Positions 50,371 through 63,323 of a stretch of DNA of 64,000 nt are shown here, one piece after another. The DNA lies in the NCBI GenBank assembly GCA_047495785.1, contig JBLDXI010000058.1, positions 62,001 through 126,000 of the forward strand, read 5' to 3'. Each line of letters starts with the position of its first letter. Within the stretch, counting starts at the first letter, position 1. The position numbers were made by a program, and so were the translations under genes. Under the pieces are notes generated by a model that did not search any database, had not been told where the DNA came from, and saw only the letters and a list, made by a program, of their open reading frames with translations. This DNA is from Lepidodermella squamata. Taxonomy: Eukaryota; Animalia; Gastrotricha.

Positions 50371-50917
50371 TAATTATTGCAACGGCCAAATTTTAGCAGC
50401 TTCACTTAACCGAACATTAAAGGCTGGATTGCAGGCAAATAATAATTTATTTTGGATAATATAATTACGATAAACACACGGGTTCTGCAGAATACCATGG
50501 CACTGATCATCGATGCACCAACCGAATCGAAATAAATAAATTTATCGCAATAGTTTGCGAGGATAGTACAATGCTTTTTGTGAAATAGGTAACATCCTTG
50601 AATGTAGATTAGCTTCATTAATTAATATGTATGATCACAAGACAGACAGCGTATTACGCACTTCATCACCAAGAAAATTCGATTAAATTCAGTTCTCCAC
50701 ATTTTAGTCATGATATTTTTTCTCCCAGAAAAGACGAAACACAAGAAAAAATCCTTAATTGTAAACAAAAAGAAATGAGAAGAAAATAATATCCATAACA
50801 TCAGATGTATCAATTAGATCTACACCATTACAAGCTTGAATAAAGGAAGGTGCTAAAGGAAAGCGGCTAATTTGTAATTTCATAACCTCAGAGTTCCATG
50901 AACTTCAGTTATCTCAC

Positions 50918-53900
50918 TCAGTGTTCAGGCTGTCCACCCATCAATTCAGGCATGACGTAGGCAATGTCGTCCCACGGGTGGCGGTACAGGCCCTGCTTGA
51001 GGCGGCGCTGGTCGAGGAAGTGCCCGATGAAGCCCATTGAGCGGCCGAGAATGAAAACAGCGTTAAGGACGCCCAGCTCAATGTACTCTTGCACCTCGGC
51101 CTGCGAGAAGCAACCGCACGTGCGCATCATGTCGACCATGGCAACGCCGATCAAGCCGTCGACGTTGAGAATCAAATTCGGCTTCTTCGCCGTGGTCACC
51201 TTTTCGACCTCCTCGGCGTAACACAGAAGCGGCGTCGACGAGAAGTTGGTCTTGCAGAACTCTTTCAGAATCATGACACGCTTGTCCGGGTTGTTGATCG
51301 ACTTGACACGATGGCCGATACCCATGATCAGCTTGCCTTCCTTCTTGGTTTTGTTGACGAAATCGGAAGGCGAGAGGTTCGAGTCGTACGCCTCCGAAAA
51401 TTGACGAGCAGCTCCGTCCAGAGCGCCACCGAAACGGTCACCAATGGTCAAGAGACCCGAGGTGAGGGACGAGACCAGGTCTTTACCAGCACGAGCGCAC
51501 ACGATGGTGTTGTGGGCACCCGATACAGCTGGACCGTGGTCGGCAGTGACCATGAGGCACATCTCAAGGAACTCACAGGCGTACTTCGGCAGGCGACGTT
51601 GGAACCACAACAAACCGAGAACACCACCAATGCCCATACGATCGGTGATGACCTGGGTGATAGGAATGCCGGCGTACAGCAGCTCCTGGCCACGGTCGTC
51701 GCAGATCGACGTCATGAAAGAAGCTGGCTTGCGGATCAGGCCAAGCTCACGCGCCCATTGGTAGTCCATCGGCACGGTCGGGGGCGTCACCTCTGGCTGC
51801 GGGACAATCACGCCCTTCTGGACGAGGGCTTCGAACACAGCCCGGATCGTGTCAGGCAGGTCGTCGAAGGACGACGGAACGTGAACTCCAGCGGCACGAA
51901 GGGCGGCGTTTTTGGATGCAGCGGTTTCGGCATCGGCGTTGGCACAGGCGCCGGCATGGCCGAACTGGACTTCGGAGGCGAAGGCTGCGGCGCAGGTGCC
52001 GTAACACCAGGCAACGACAGGCTTACGAATCTCTCCGCTTTTAATCGCTTCAATGATGCGGTACTCGTCGGTTCCACCGATCTCGCCCAAAAGGACAATC
52101 ATCTTAACAGCGGGATTAGCCTCGAAACGGCGGATGTGGTCGAGGAAGGTGGTGATCGGATAACGGTCACCGCCGATCGCCACGCCCTCAACCAGGCCGT
52201 CGGTCGTGCGAGCGATGATGTTGTTCAGCTCGTTCGACATGCCGCCGGAACGCGAGACGTACGCAACACTGCCCGGGCGGTACAGCTTCGCCGAGACGAT
52301 ATTGTCGAGCATACCGCCAGCGTAGCCGATCTTGAACGCGCCAGCTCGGATACCACCGACTGAAGCGGGGCCGATGACGGTGACGCGCTTCTCTGTCGCG
52401 GACAAAAGCAGACGGCGGGTCAGATTCTCAGGAATACCTTCGGCCAAGATCGCGATGGTGCGAACCTGCGGGAAATTAAGGGCTTCCAGGGTGGCGTCGT
52501 AGGCCGAACGCAGGGAGGCAAAGTTGATCAGGACAGAGACTTCAGGGTGTTTGGTGAACGCAACACTCATTGACTTGTAGACGGGCAACAGAATTTCCTG
52601 GTGACCCCAGTAGAACTTCTGCTTGTGGTCTTCGGTCAAGGGATACGTCAGCGCGACTACGCTGGGCTCCGACCGCTGGCAAACGAAGTCGTAGTCGAGC
52701 ATACCCTGCACAGCCTGCAACTGCATGCCCAGGATGATGGCTTTGGTTTTCGGAGTGAACAGGTCATAGTCGGCAAGGCCACTCGCGCCCTTGGCGGCGG
52801 CAGCTCCTGCACTGGAGCCAGAGGCCCCTGATGCAGACTCGGCCAATGTCTCAGTCTGGGCGGCGACTCCGGCGCTGGTGGCGAATTTAGCCGAAGAAGG
52901 CGGCAGCAAGAAGTTGGCCGTAGTCAGAGTCGATTGGCCAAAGGCAGAGGGGCGGACATCGCGTTTTCCAAGAGCCATAGCGACAATCGACGTCATGTGG
53001 GTCTCGGGGCCGAAAACGTGGATTGGCACGCCGAGACTGTTGCCAAGATCGCGCATGATACGGAGACCTTCTTGGTAGTTGGGTCCACCGCGACGGACGA
53101 AAACGCTGACTTTGTGCTCAATCAGCTTGGCCTGGTAATCTTTCAGCGCGTGAACAATGCCCTTGAAAGTCAGGGCGACGTTCGTGAAGTTGGCAATGCC
53201 ACCACCGATGATGAGAACCTTCCCCTCAGAGTTAACCGGGCCTTGGGTCATCAGCGACAGAATAGTGCGCGCGTAATCGTAGGTTTGCTGTTCAGTGGGT
53301 GCACCCGAATATTCACCGTAGTTCGCCAGCTGTTCGGCACCACCGAGTTCACAGATGGTATCGGCGTAAATGACAGACGCACCACCACCGGCGACCATGG
53401 TCCAAATGCGGCCTTGCTTGTTCAGAATGGAGAGCTTCAACGAAGCACCGCTCTTCTTGTCCAAATCATTCACGTATACTTCCTGAATTAAAAGACACAT
53501 TTAAGGTGGATGAGCACTAAAATACTGTTCCATTTACCTCAGGGTAGAGCTCTCGGCCGAAACCCGGAGGGAAATCGATTTCTTTACCCCAATCTTTGCC
53601 GACAAGAAACTCAGCACATTGATCGAGACGTGCAGCCATGTCAACAGCGTAGATCTTTCCATTTGGCATAACGAGAAGAGGGTTGATTTCCAAATAAGTG
53701 AAGTGGAGAGTCACGTAAACGCGGTACAGCTCGGCAATAAACTCAGAAATATTCCTTTAAATTAAATTAATTTTCATTTCCTTATCATAATTATTTCATC
53801 TTTATCAACTGACTTGATATTAGCTCCAGGCTTGCATTTCGCAAGTAATTTCGATGCAACTTCAGAGGCGGTTACCGTTGATTCGCTGTTAACAGCAACA

Positions 53901-54839
53901 AACATTCGAGTGGCTTTCGAGTCAACATCCCCAATGTCAACACCACCGGCATCGTGGAACAAAATCCAGTCGCCAGTGCGGTCAGAGTAGATCGCAACGT
54001 AGAATTCAGCTGATTGCTCATGTTCGACAAACGGCTCAACGAGCACACGTTGCAAAGGACCAGATGCCTTCCCGACCTACGCACAAAACCGCAGTGAATT
54101 ATTTAGTTCATTTGTATTTTCTCTCATAACACAAAAACAAGCCCATCTCATCACTAGCACTAACAACGTCGCCGCAGCGTAATTGCGACGAAGACTGTCT
54201 ACAGAGAAATGAATCGAATTACACGGGTGAACGTCGTTCTTCAGCGGCGCATGCATCGTGAAATTACCAAGATATTATTACCGCGGCAAGCCTATTACTA
54301 AATTCTTACACTAACACACATTTATAAGTACCATGTCTATAACACATATCTAGAGAGATCGATAATATTTCCTCCGAGTAAATACAATGCATTTTTTACC
54401 AATGAATACATTTCACAGACGACGCATGCATAGTATAACGAAAAATAGCGCGACAAGGCGATGACTCCAAATGCAACAAAATATTCCGATGACATAAATG
54501 CCACGGCTTACTTGGATATCTTTGCCAATGCGAGACTGAATCCAGGCCTTCGTTTCTTCGAAATTCTTTCCGAGACTTATCAGACCAAGTTTGCCTCGTC
54601 GTTTGATGAGTTGGTCAGGCTTGGCAACCAATTTCTATTAAAGAATTCAAAATTTAAAACAATAATTGGAGTGTATACAGAAGTATTACCGTTGACATCC
54701 ATGGATATTTGCTCGTCAGAGTGTTCCAATCGGTTTCGGGCGTGATAATAGCATACTCTTGCTTGACTAAATGTGGCGACTTCAGGTTTCTATAAATGAT
54801 GTCCTTGGCATTGGCCTCGTAAATGGCTTTCGCCGACAT
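50918..54839 (-). CDS. ACLY: ATP-citrate lyase (single chain), 5 exons
   Basis: Exons 54839-54690, 54634-54512, 54076-53814, 53754-53538 and 53482-50918. [37 protein letters not shown] (phospho-His), [12 protein letters not shown] and [10 protein letters not shown]. Confidence 0.98.
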
Positions 54840-56559
54840 GTCTTATTTTCAACACGGCTCTAAAGTAAGACAAGTAGGTCGATGAAAAAAGCTGTTTGTG
54901 TTTCCTTTCATTAAGAAGCATTATGATGACAAACTATAGGCATTGATGATGGTTGTTAGACCCAATTCTGCTGGTAAAGCAGGATTTGGGGTGAGAAAAA
55001 AACCATGTCACCACTATTTGTGATATGCGCAGAAATGACGTAACAGAATACAAAAATAAATGATAAAAATAAAGATATGGTATATTCGCTTCCATACTAA
55101 TGAAGATAGGCGCAACTGGTTGGATCGGAATATCAGATTGGTTAGCGGCAAGAGTATGGAAATTTACAACAATATTTATTTAGGCATGGGATATTATACT
55201 TTTGTAAAAATATTGAACTATCTAGTCTTCGTAGAACCTTTTGGCAGACAAGAATCATGCATCTGCCAGCATTCAAATTTTCTCACTCGTTTAATCAGAA
55301 ATGACATCCCATCGCAATGAATAAAGGAGAATCTGATCATACTAAAATATTTATCTTCAAGAGGCTCAAGCGCAAATAAAGCAACTGCAGGTAGGAATTT
55401 ACCTGGTCTTGGCGCCCACCACGTCATTAACCGACATAAAGTGGAAACCGAATCCCTTCTAAGCTGTCAGCGTGTTTTCCTCACGGCAACAAGACACTTT
55501 GTCAAGATAAATGGATTACGTGCCAATACTTGCAACTATCCTCTACTCGGGAAGCTCTATGTCGGAGAGCAGAGATGGAACATCCAAACACAACTTGTGA
55601 CATAATACACGCCAGCTGGTAATTAATACTAACATGCTTATTCCAAGTTTACAAATAGCATGTCCTTGGAACAACCATGAGCTATCACTGCCAGTGTCGG
55701 TTTTCCTAATTCAGATACAGCTATCTATGGCAGTGTGAATCTTTTCTGAATTCCACAGCTGAAGACGTTCGAGAAACGAGAGACCTCGATCGTCGATCGA
55801 CTTCTACATAAAGGCGGCAAAGGCACAGAAATTCTAAAGCTCTTATATAAAGCATGTGATGCGCATCAAAGCGACCAAATTTGGAACAATAAAAACGTCG
55901 TTCATTCAGCGTTGGAGAGTGGGAGATTTGCCCCACTAGTCATTATTGAACTTCCTTCTTAATCAATAATGTTTGTAGCTATGGGGCGCCTTTCCAGTAA
56001 TGCACTAAAATCAAGAATCTTCAAATCACACCAAAAGTGGATGATTGTGAGATTGAGATCACAGTAAAGTTTAAGAAAAAACCGAGTCCAAAGTCTTGCT
56101 AATGGAAATCAGATGATTTCATCCAATGAAAGGGCGTTATTAGCGCGCGCGGCAAAATTTTCAAAAAATACAATTAATAAAAATAGCTTGATTTTCAGTT
56201 TCTAGCTGAGAAGTTAGAATTTACAATAATTTTATAAAATATTGTACATAAATATGTCAAAATTAATCGACATGCACGTGCTTTTCAGCAGCCGTGGTCC
56301 TCAATCCACCAGCCGGTTACGTAGGGTTTTAGCGAGAACCTCGTGATGCGAGCCAAGAAATCCTTGTTAACTTGGGCCAAAGGAAGCCGCAACTGTGCTG
56401 ATTGAATCATATATATTTATCGCAGCCGGGAGAGCTGATTGAAGATTCTGAGAATGGAAATATGAGTTGATGACGGTTAATTACTACCCCTTAAACCGCT
56501 GCCGATTTGATCTTTTACGGTCTATTACGACGCTGTTATCTTTAGGTTTTATTGTTGAA

Positions 56560-59500
56560 ATGGTTAGTCAGCAATCAAAAGATTCAAGGCTTGATGTTGA
56601 TATTGTTAGTGAACAAACCGGTCTTGTCACGTCCGTTTTCTCGTTTGATTCCAAGTAAGTTATGAATCATTTGTTATGGTGCTCAACTGGTAATTTTTTC
56701 CAGGTTTTTGTTTTGCCCATCCGGCAACGCTGTCAAAGTATACAGCGTAAGCAATGGCCGTTATTGCGGTCAATTGGAAGGGCATAGCGACCGTATTACT
56801 TCGCTAATTGTCAATGAGAAAAATCATCTGCAGCTAGTAACTGGCAGCTTCGATGGAAACTACGTTGTTTGGGACATCGGAACTGAGTTTTCCCCTATAA
56901 AGGTAAATTCTTTAATGATAACACAAGAATATGCTGAAATTGCGAATTTTGCTTAGATTGTAAATGTCAAGCAAGCAATATACCAAATTGGTCAACTGAA
57001 GTGTCTATCTTCAAATTATGCTTTAGTATTGAAAGATGATGTGACTGGTCGCTATTATGTCACCGATTCCAGCTCCCTTCCTCATAATGGCTCGGCTAAT
57101 ATTCCCAAATTTCTTCACTTTGATAATCATCGCCAACATTCAGTTTCCTTTGGATATGATACCAATGTCATTGTTGCAATAGACGGTCCTCGGAAGATCG
57201 CTTCTTGGTGCGCTGATTTATCGCGCTCTGTCGTCATTGCGGCCCCTACGCATAACACGATGTAAGACCCAACAGTCTGGTTTAATTGTTGAGATTTTAC
57301 TATTTAAAATATTCACAGATTCACTGGTGTTGCTGCCCATCCAACCGATCGCAATGTCATAGCAGCGGCCACCTCCGTCGGACGGATTTACCTTTGGGTC
57401 AAAGTATTCAGTAGTACTGAAAGCCAAGCTGGCGCTCCCGCGTTTCATCTGCATTGGCATTCTGAACAGTTGCGTTCTCTGGCGTTTTCACCCGAAGGAA
57501 CATTCTTATTTTCTGCGGGAGAGGAGTGCGTATTGGTCAAGTAAGTTTGCGCATTACATGAGTTCTTCATTCAAAAAACGTGTGATAAAGGTGGCTATGG
57601 AGAAAGCAACAACGATCGTTCATTCCTCGTATAGGCGCCCCAGTCAACTCAATATCTCTATCGCCTGATGGAGCAGTTTACGCCCTTAGCCTTGTTGACA
57701 ACAGTAAGCCTTATTTAGAACCAGGTGTATAAAAATTAGTCGCGAATCTTCCTCAGCTATTAGTTTGATATCAAGTAACATGACGTTTCTTCGGTCAATT
57801 CGCGGTTTTGTTTGTGGTACAAACATACCGGCGATCCGACCGTACGCTGATTTGGACGAGCCAACATTGTCTTGCCCTGCTGGCCTGATTTACGATCATC
57901 GAACTCGCTCAATTATTGCCAACAGCAGGCCGGGTAATTTACAATTCTTCGACCCGGAAAACCGACGCAATATCCAACTTATGGATGTGACCGGAGAAAA
58001 TTATGTCTCCGGGGGTTCCAAAGTTCTTCCAGTAACGGAGGTCGTCAAGGCTGATGTTAGTTCGGATGGACATTGGCTTGCGACAGTTCAGAGCCGCGGC
58101 GATGTACAAAACGAATGCTCCTTAAAGATTTGGCGGTTTGATGCTGAAAAATCGAAAACGTAAATATACGTGATTCTAATGAATCCTAGGTTGAACTTCG
58201 ATTGAATTTCTAGGTTTTCCGTCAATACCGTTTCATCGCGGGTCCATCTTGGCACAGTTACTGCATTGCGGTTTTCGATGACTTCTTCGCCTAAAGATGT
58301 TGAGAACTCAACACTTCGCCTTGTGTCAGTCGCGACTGATGGCATTTTAAGATTGTGGCGTTGTTTGAAAAGACAGCCAATCGAGGGCCAATCGAATCTG
58401 CAACCATCATCTTTCTTGTGGCATAATTCATTCTCGACAAGTTATCACGCGTTGCCTTTCGTCGATGCCGACTGGTCATCTGATGGCTCGCTAGTAGCCG
58501 TCGCTGCCGGCCCATACGTCTTGTTGATCGACGGCAACGCTGACGGTTTCAACAGTGAAGATGATTCCGATGTGAAAATGGCCTCTCCAGGCTCGAACAA
58601 CGACTGGCTTTTGGCAACGTTAACCGCCGATTCGAAAAGCCGCATAAGGTATAAAAGTCGAATCAAGTCAATTTTGTTAGCTATCGTAATGTTTGTTTAG
58701 TGATGTTCGATTCGGTCGACAGGATGACGCTGCATTTGTGGTTGGAGCTTCAAAAGACGCAGAAAGCTTTGTCTGTGTCTGGAATGTTTCGAACCTGCAA
58801 TGTATGTTTCGATTTCGTTTTGAAATCTGGGGTCTAGTTCTTCCTTTTTTAGTGACGTGGAAAGCTCCGTTTTTGTTGCCTTGCCTGGTTTCGGATCCTG
58901 GCTCTTCTTGGCTGGCAGTCTTCTCCGGCACAGCTATGTTGCAAAAACGGTTGGCTTTCTTCAAACCCTCAGCACCGTCCCTTGAACATTCGAATGAATT
59001 CGAACTGCCTGCAACTTGCTCAGACGCCTTGCAATCGAAAATTTCTCCGATTGTTTCCGCAGCCTTCGTTCCATCCTCGCAAGGTCAATCGGCGAGATCT
59101 ACGCCGGCAGCCCTTCGACACACGAGCTTGTTCTTCTTGACTGCCGATCAAGTGGGTTTATCATGCGACTTCACCAGCAAATTATTAATTTTTGTATTTT
59201 AGAAATTATATTCCATCGCCAGTCATGACCCTGCAAGCAAGCCGTCCGCAGTCGAATCAGAATTCAGGTTCAATGCCCCTTCGGTTGTGTCATCTGGAAG
59301 TCTACCTCAATCAACGTTGTCGTCGTTTTTATCTCTTGGCACAGTGCAAGTTCAAAAATCGCAAAAGGAGTCGAAAACACTCCCACGTAACCAGGATAAC
59401 AATGGCTCCAAATTCGACACTGTTAGTTTCAACTCTTAAAATATCAATTTTTTCTATTTGATTTTCGCCTCAGGTATTTGATACTCCGCCGCATTTGTTG

Positions 59501-59728
59501 CCACCTGTAACCCGTATTACGGCGGAATTCTTGTTGCGGCGATGTGCTGAACGATGCGGAGTTACCGCTGAACCGTTTGGATCCGAAGACCTCGACTCGA
59601 AGCCTTCTAATGACGATTCGATGATGGTCGATGAGAGCTTTAATGAAAGCAAATCGAGCGGCACTTTGCTCGAGTCGAAACCTGTCGCTCACCTCGACGT
59701 CGCCTGGGTGCGCGCAGCCATAAAATGA
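56560..59728 (+). CDS. WDR75: WD repeat protein 75 (UTP17/NAN1, SSU processome), 10 exons
   Basis: Exons 56560-56654, 56704-56902, 56957-57261, 57319-57540, 57591-57703, 57757-58159, 58214-58648, 58701-59151, 59203-59421 and 59474-59728. LHWH..LAFS..L.SAGEECVLVKW, FIPRIGA, NSRPGNLQFFD, WLATV and FDTPPHLLPP. Confidence 0.9.
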
Positions 59729-59939
59729 TTCTGAAGTTACGCTTGTTGCAGTTTTAGTTTTCATAGAAAAAATGCGATGCTTCCGCTCGGGTGTCATATA
59801 TATTTAGGCTCAAGGCCCGTGCTCAATAAACATGGCTCATTTTATGAGTGAAAGAAATTAAAATAAACGACTATTGTGTGTGTTAATTTTCGTTTTGATT
59901 CGGACCGATGGCACCGGCTAGTCGGTAGGCCGGGCAGGG

Positions 59940-60492
59940 TTAATTAATTTTGAATTTTGAGACGCAGTTTTCAGATAATTGACCAGCATGAAAAACTGAG
60001 TCAGGATCCGTAAAAATCTCATTTTCGATTTTGGATGGACATAGGACTATTGGCCGCACGCACGGCGAAATAAACAGCTATTGAAAATAAAGTGAACTTA
60101 CTTAACTGCGTGTTTCCATCATCAGAGAGCGACAACAACCCGCAAGGACAATCCCTGTTTGAATTCGCAGGAATGCTTCGAGTGCCGATATCGCGGAAAT
60201 CATCGAACGTCCCAACAATGGAAATAACTATTTCGCGACCGACTGGCTTGAGGTCGGCCAGCGAGCGAATGTCGACGTAGCCATTCTCATCGTCGACTAA
60301 CGGCATAAAATCGTCGATGCTAAATCGAAGATTATCATCACCATCATGATTACTCGAAACCAGCAGCAGGTTGCCGGATTCCTCTCGTGCGATCAGGCGA
60401 TAGCAGGGCCCTGAGGAAACCTGAGGGAAAAAGTTTCGCTTTTTTCCGGCATGCCTGCGCTGACGTCGCAGTTTTGCTTTGATACTTGTCAC
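59940..60492 (-). CDS. 3' part of an uncharacterised gene, weakly CABIT-domain-like; 5' exons unresolved
   Basis: Open frame 60492-60102, a canonical 55-nt intron GTAAGT..AATAG (60101-60047), then a last exon ILCPSKIENE..KFKIN* ending at 59940. Confidence 0.45.
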
Positions 60493-62466
60493 TAATGTAG
60501 ATTTTCATAAAACTCCTTCGAGTTGAAAAAAGCTCCCCGAGCTGAGGTTTCCCTTTCTCGCAGAAAACAAAATTCGTCGCAAATTTATGCTTCATGCCGA
60601 AGTTGAGGGTATTCATTGGTCCGAGGAATCTCAGGATTCCAATGAAAGGTTCTGACTGACAATTTTTCAACATGCTGATGAGAACCAAGAAATTTGATGT
60701 GTACTGTGCTGTAAAATGTATCATCAATATGTTGGCAATATGTCGAAATTGCGACAAGAATCGACGAGTTTCGTGAAAAGTGCGGGAAACTTTTAATGTT
60801 ACGCATCGCCGCGCTGTAATAAGCAATAAAGCCTCGAGACACGACGCAGCGCGTGAAAGAATCGCTACGCAAGTTGCTGTTTTAGCACACATTTTGCTGT
60901 ATTATTACCGCAGCGTCAACGCCGATGCTCATATAATTTGAATTATGATGTTGCGTTCGGAAAACTACTTTGCTGAAACGAATATACGGCGTGCGGTTAT
61001 ACGGCATGATCTGAAAAAATCACTGGTGTCATAAGAAATGGATGATTTAATTATTTTTTGTATGTCCCCCCTATCCAGAATAAGCGCAGGCAGTAACACT
61101 TTTCTTGATCTGCAATCTGCAAAGAAAAAATCGCAGCTAAATAATCATATCATAGTATTCAGAGAGCATCGACTTCATCAGCAGTTTTTGTGACACCCAA
61201 AAACTTAAAAATCGGCATAAAAGTTTGATCCCAGGAAATTCAGGTCGCTTTTCGAAGCAGGTGCTGGAATCTACTATGCTGTGTGGGAAAGATTGCCTTT
61301 GAGCATTATTTTCTATAGGCGACAATAGAACATGAGAATTCCTGATGGAAAAAGGAAAACTGAACATTCAAATGAGGAAAAGTTCATTTTTTTCATTTTG
61401 ATAATCTGGCGATGGCAAAGGTAGGAACTGTGTGTGTGTGTGTTGTGTGTTGGAAAATTATAAGGTGATTTGACGGCTGCTGTTACTACATTCACGTTGT
61501 ACCTCGTGCATATATGGCTGATGATGGTATTTTTGTATACAGCTATATAGCTGCTGTAGAGCATTTCGGAGGCTGACACCTATTATCTATTATACGTGTC
61601 TAAAACATTCAGTCACCTTGCATCTCATCAGCAGTTGTTCATCTTGTTCATTTTTATTTTTTTTTCATTTTCAATCAGCCCGGGTTTTTCTGGGATAGTC
61701 CCATTTTATTATTACAAGCGGCCGGTTGAGGGTTTAAGAGGCAGTGCAGAGGCGGAAAGGTCACCAGCCGCCGCCATTTTTGACTGGAAAATAGTTTGAG
61801 AACCACTGCTTTACGGTAGTGGTTCGCAAATACCTTTCCCCAGGTGCACAAGAGTGGCGCATGCGGCCGGTCCTGCGTGCGCCACTCCTGCGTCATGTAT
61901 TCTCCTCAATTAGCCAATTAAAAGTAACCGATTTTCAGAGTGTTTTTCAAGAATTTCTTGGTATTCTGCGAATTGTACCAAGTTGAACGTTGAATCCAAA
62001 AGACAGAAAACACCTGGCTTCATGAAGAAAAAGGAGAGAAACCAGGCGAGCGAAGCGAGCTAACATTTTTGCAAATTGCTCCCTAAAAGTAGCTGAAAAT
62101 AGCCTAAAAATGACAGAAAACTGGTTTCTCTTGACCTTTGAAACGTCTATCAAAGTGGTGGAATGGCTGGTCAGAGTGAGTTAGCTCAAATGCTTCGCGT
62201 GCGCTTATGCGCATGCGTGCGAAACCGATCTTTCGAAATGCGCCAATGCGCACGGGTGCGCCACTTTGCGAACCGCTGCTTTACGGTGTTCATTTTCGAT
62301 CTTCACGAGTACACACGCTTTTTGAGATCGTCGTGCTGTGTGATTAACAGCAACTAATTAGCAACTCTTTTTGCGCCACGTGAGTAATGCGCACGCACAA
62401 CAAAGCATTCAAAACTTAATAAAAAATGCGCCTTAATAATTTTCAAAGTGAAATTTGTCGAGTTGT

Positions 62467-62511
62467 GATTGGCTCGTCAGTGACTCTAAAAGCCAGAAAT
62501 GTTCTATAAAA
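62467..62511 (+). promoter_or_regulatory. Candidate core promoter (inverted CCAAT plus TATA box)
   Basis: GATTGG at 62467-62472 and TATAAAAG at 62505, about 800 bp upstream of the 63324 ORF. Confidence 0.45.
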
Positions 62512-62512
62512 G

Positions 62513-62626
62513 GGAAGAAATGGAAGAGCGCCGCGTCAGAGCCGCGGCGCAATCTGGAAGACAGATTGGAAGATTGGAAGATAGAGAGGGAAGAATAGAA
62601 GGGAAGATAGAGATGGAAGAGGAAGA
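62513..62626 (+). repeat. Purine-rich array with 9 copies of GGAAGA
   Basis: Counted directly: 62513, 62522, 62556, 62568, 62576, 62589, 62602, 62615, 62621. Confidence 0.85.
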
Positions 62627-63323
62627 ATTACGACTCCATTGTGTTGATTAATTGCGGCTGTGATTGTTGGTAGAGCCGACTCGAGCAATATTCATCGCCA
62701 GCCGAGCAGAGAGGCAGGAGAGATCACACAGCAGGGGGAGCACAGGAGTTGGGGCGGGCAGGAAGAAGCCGAGCAGATCGCTGAGCGGCAAGCCCGCTGA
62801 TTACCATTCGCCAGAGCCGGCGCGGCACTGTTGTTGACTCGTGAAATGGACCCTGACGACTCGGGCACTCGGCGCTTGCCGTGTAGCATTCCGCCGACTT
62901 TTTTGTCGCGCCTGCAATCCGCGCGGAACCGAATGCATAATCGGCTATAGGCGGCCGCAGCAGCGACGACAATCTCGTCGTGATGACAAGACATGCCCTT
63001 GACTCACTACAACAGCGACACGACCAGGCAGTAAATGTGAGCGCAGCAAGCGTTATGTTTGCCTGCTATCTCTGCTGGCGGCGGCGGGCGCATCTCATTA
63101 ATCTCGCCCGAAACAACAAGGAGCCGCCCGCCTGCCCGTTCCAACAGCCGCCTTCATTTTGCTCATCCTACTCGGCATGAGAGCTGCTCTCTCACTCAAT
63201 GACCATTCTCCTAATACTTTGTCTCCGTGATTAGTATTCCAACATCATTTTGTATACCTAATTCACATATTTAGGTTATTTTCCTGCGTTATATGATGAT
63301 GCAGCTTTTGACGACTTGATCGA

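Noticed and set aside
51089-53491. Long antisense ORFs (424 aa and 185 aa) opposite ACLY, and similar ones opposite GalNAc-T
   Set aside because: Shadow ORFs expected from GC-rich codon bias.
54922-54975. C/D-box snoRNA candidate (ATGATGA)
   Set aside because: No matching CTGA D box or terminal stem, and it is antisense to the ACLY transcript.
61715-61790. SL or Sm-class RNA candidate (ATTTTTG)
   Set aside because: No convincing leader/donor stem-loop; the motif is too short to support a call.
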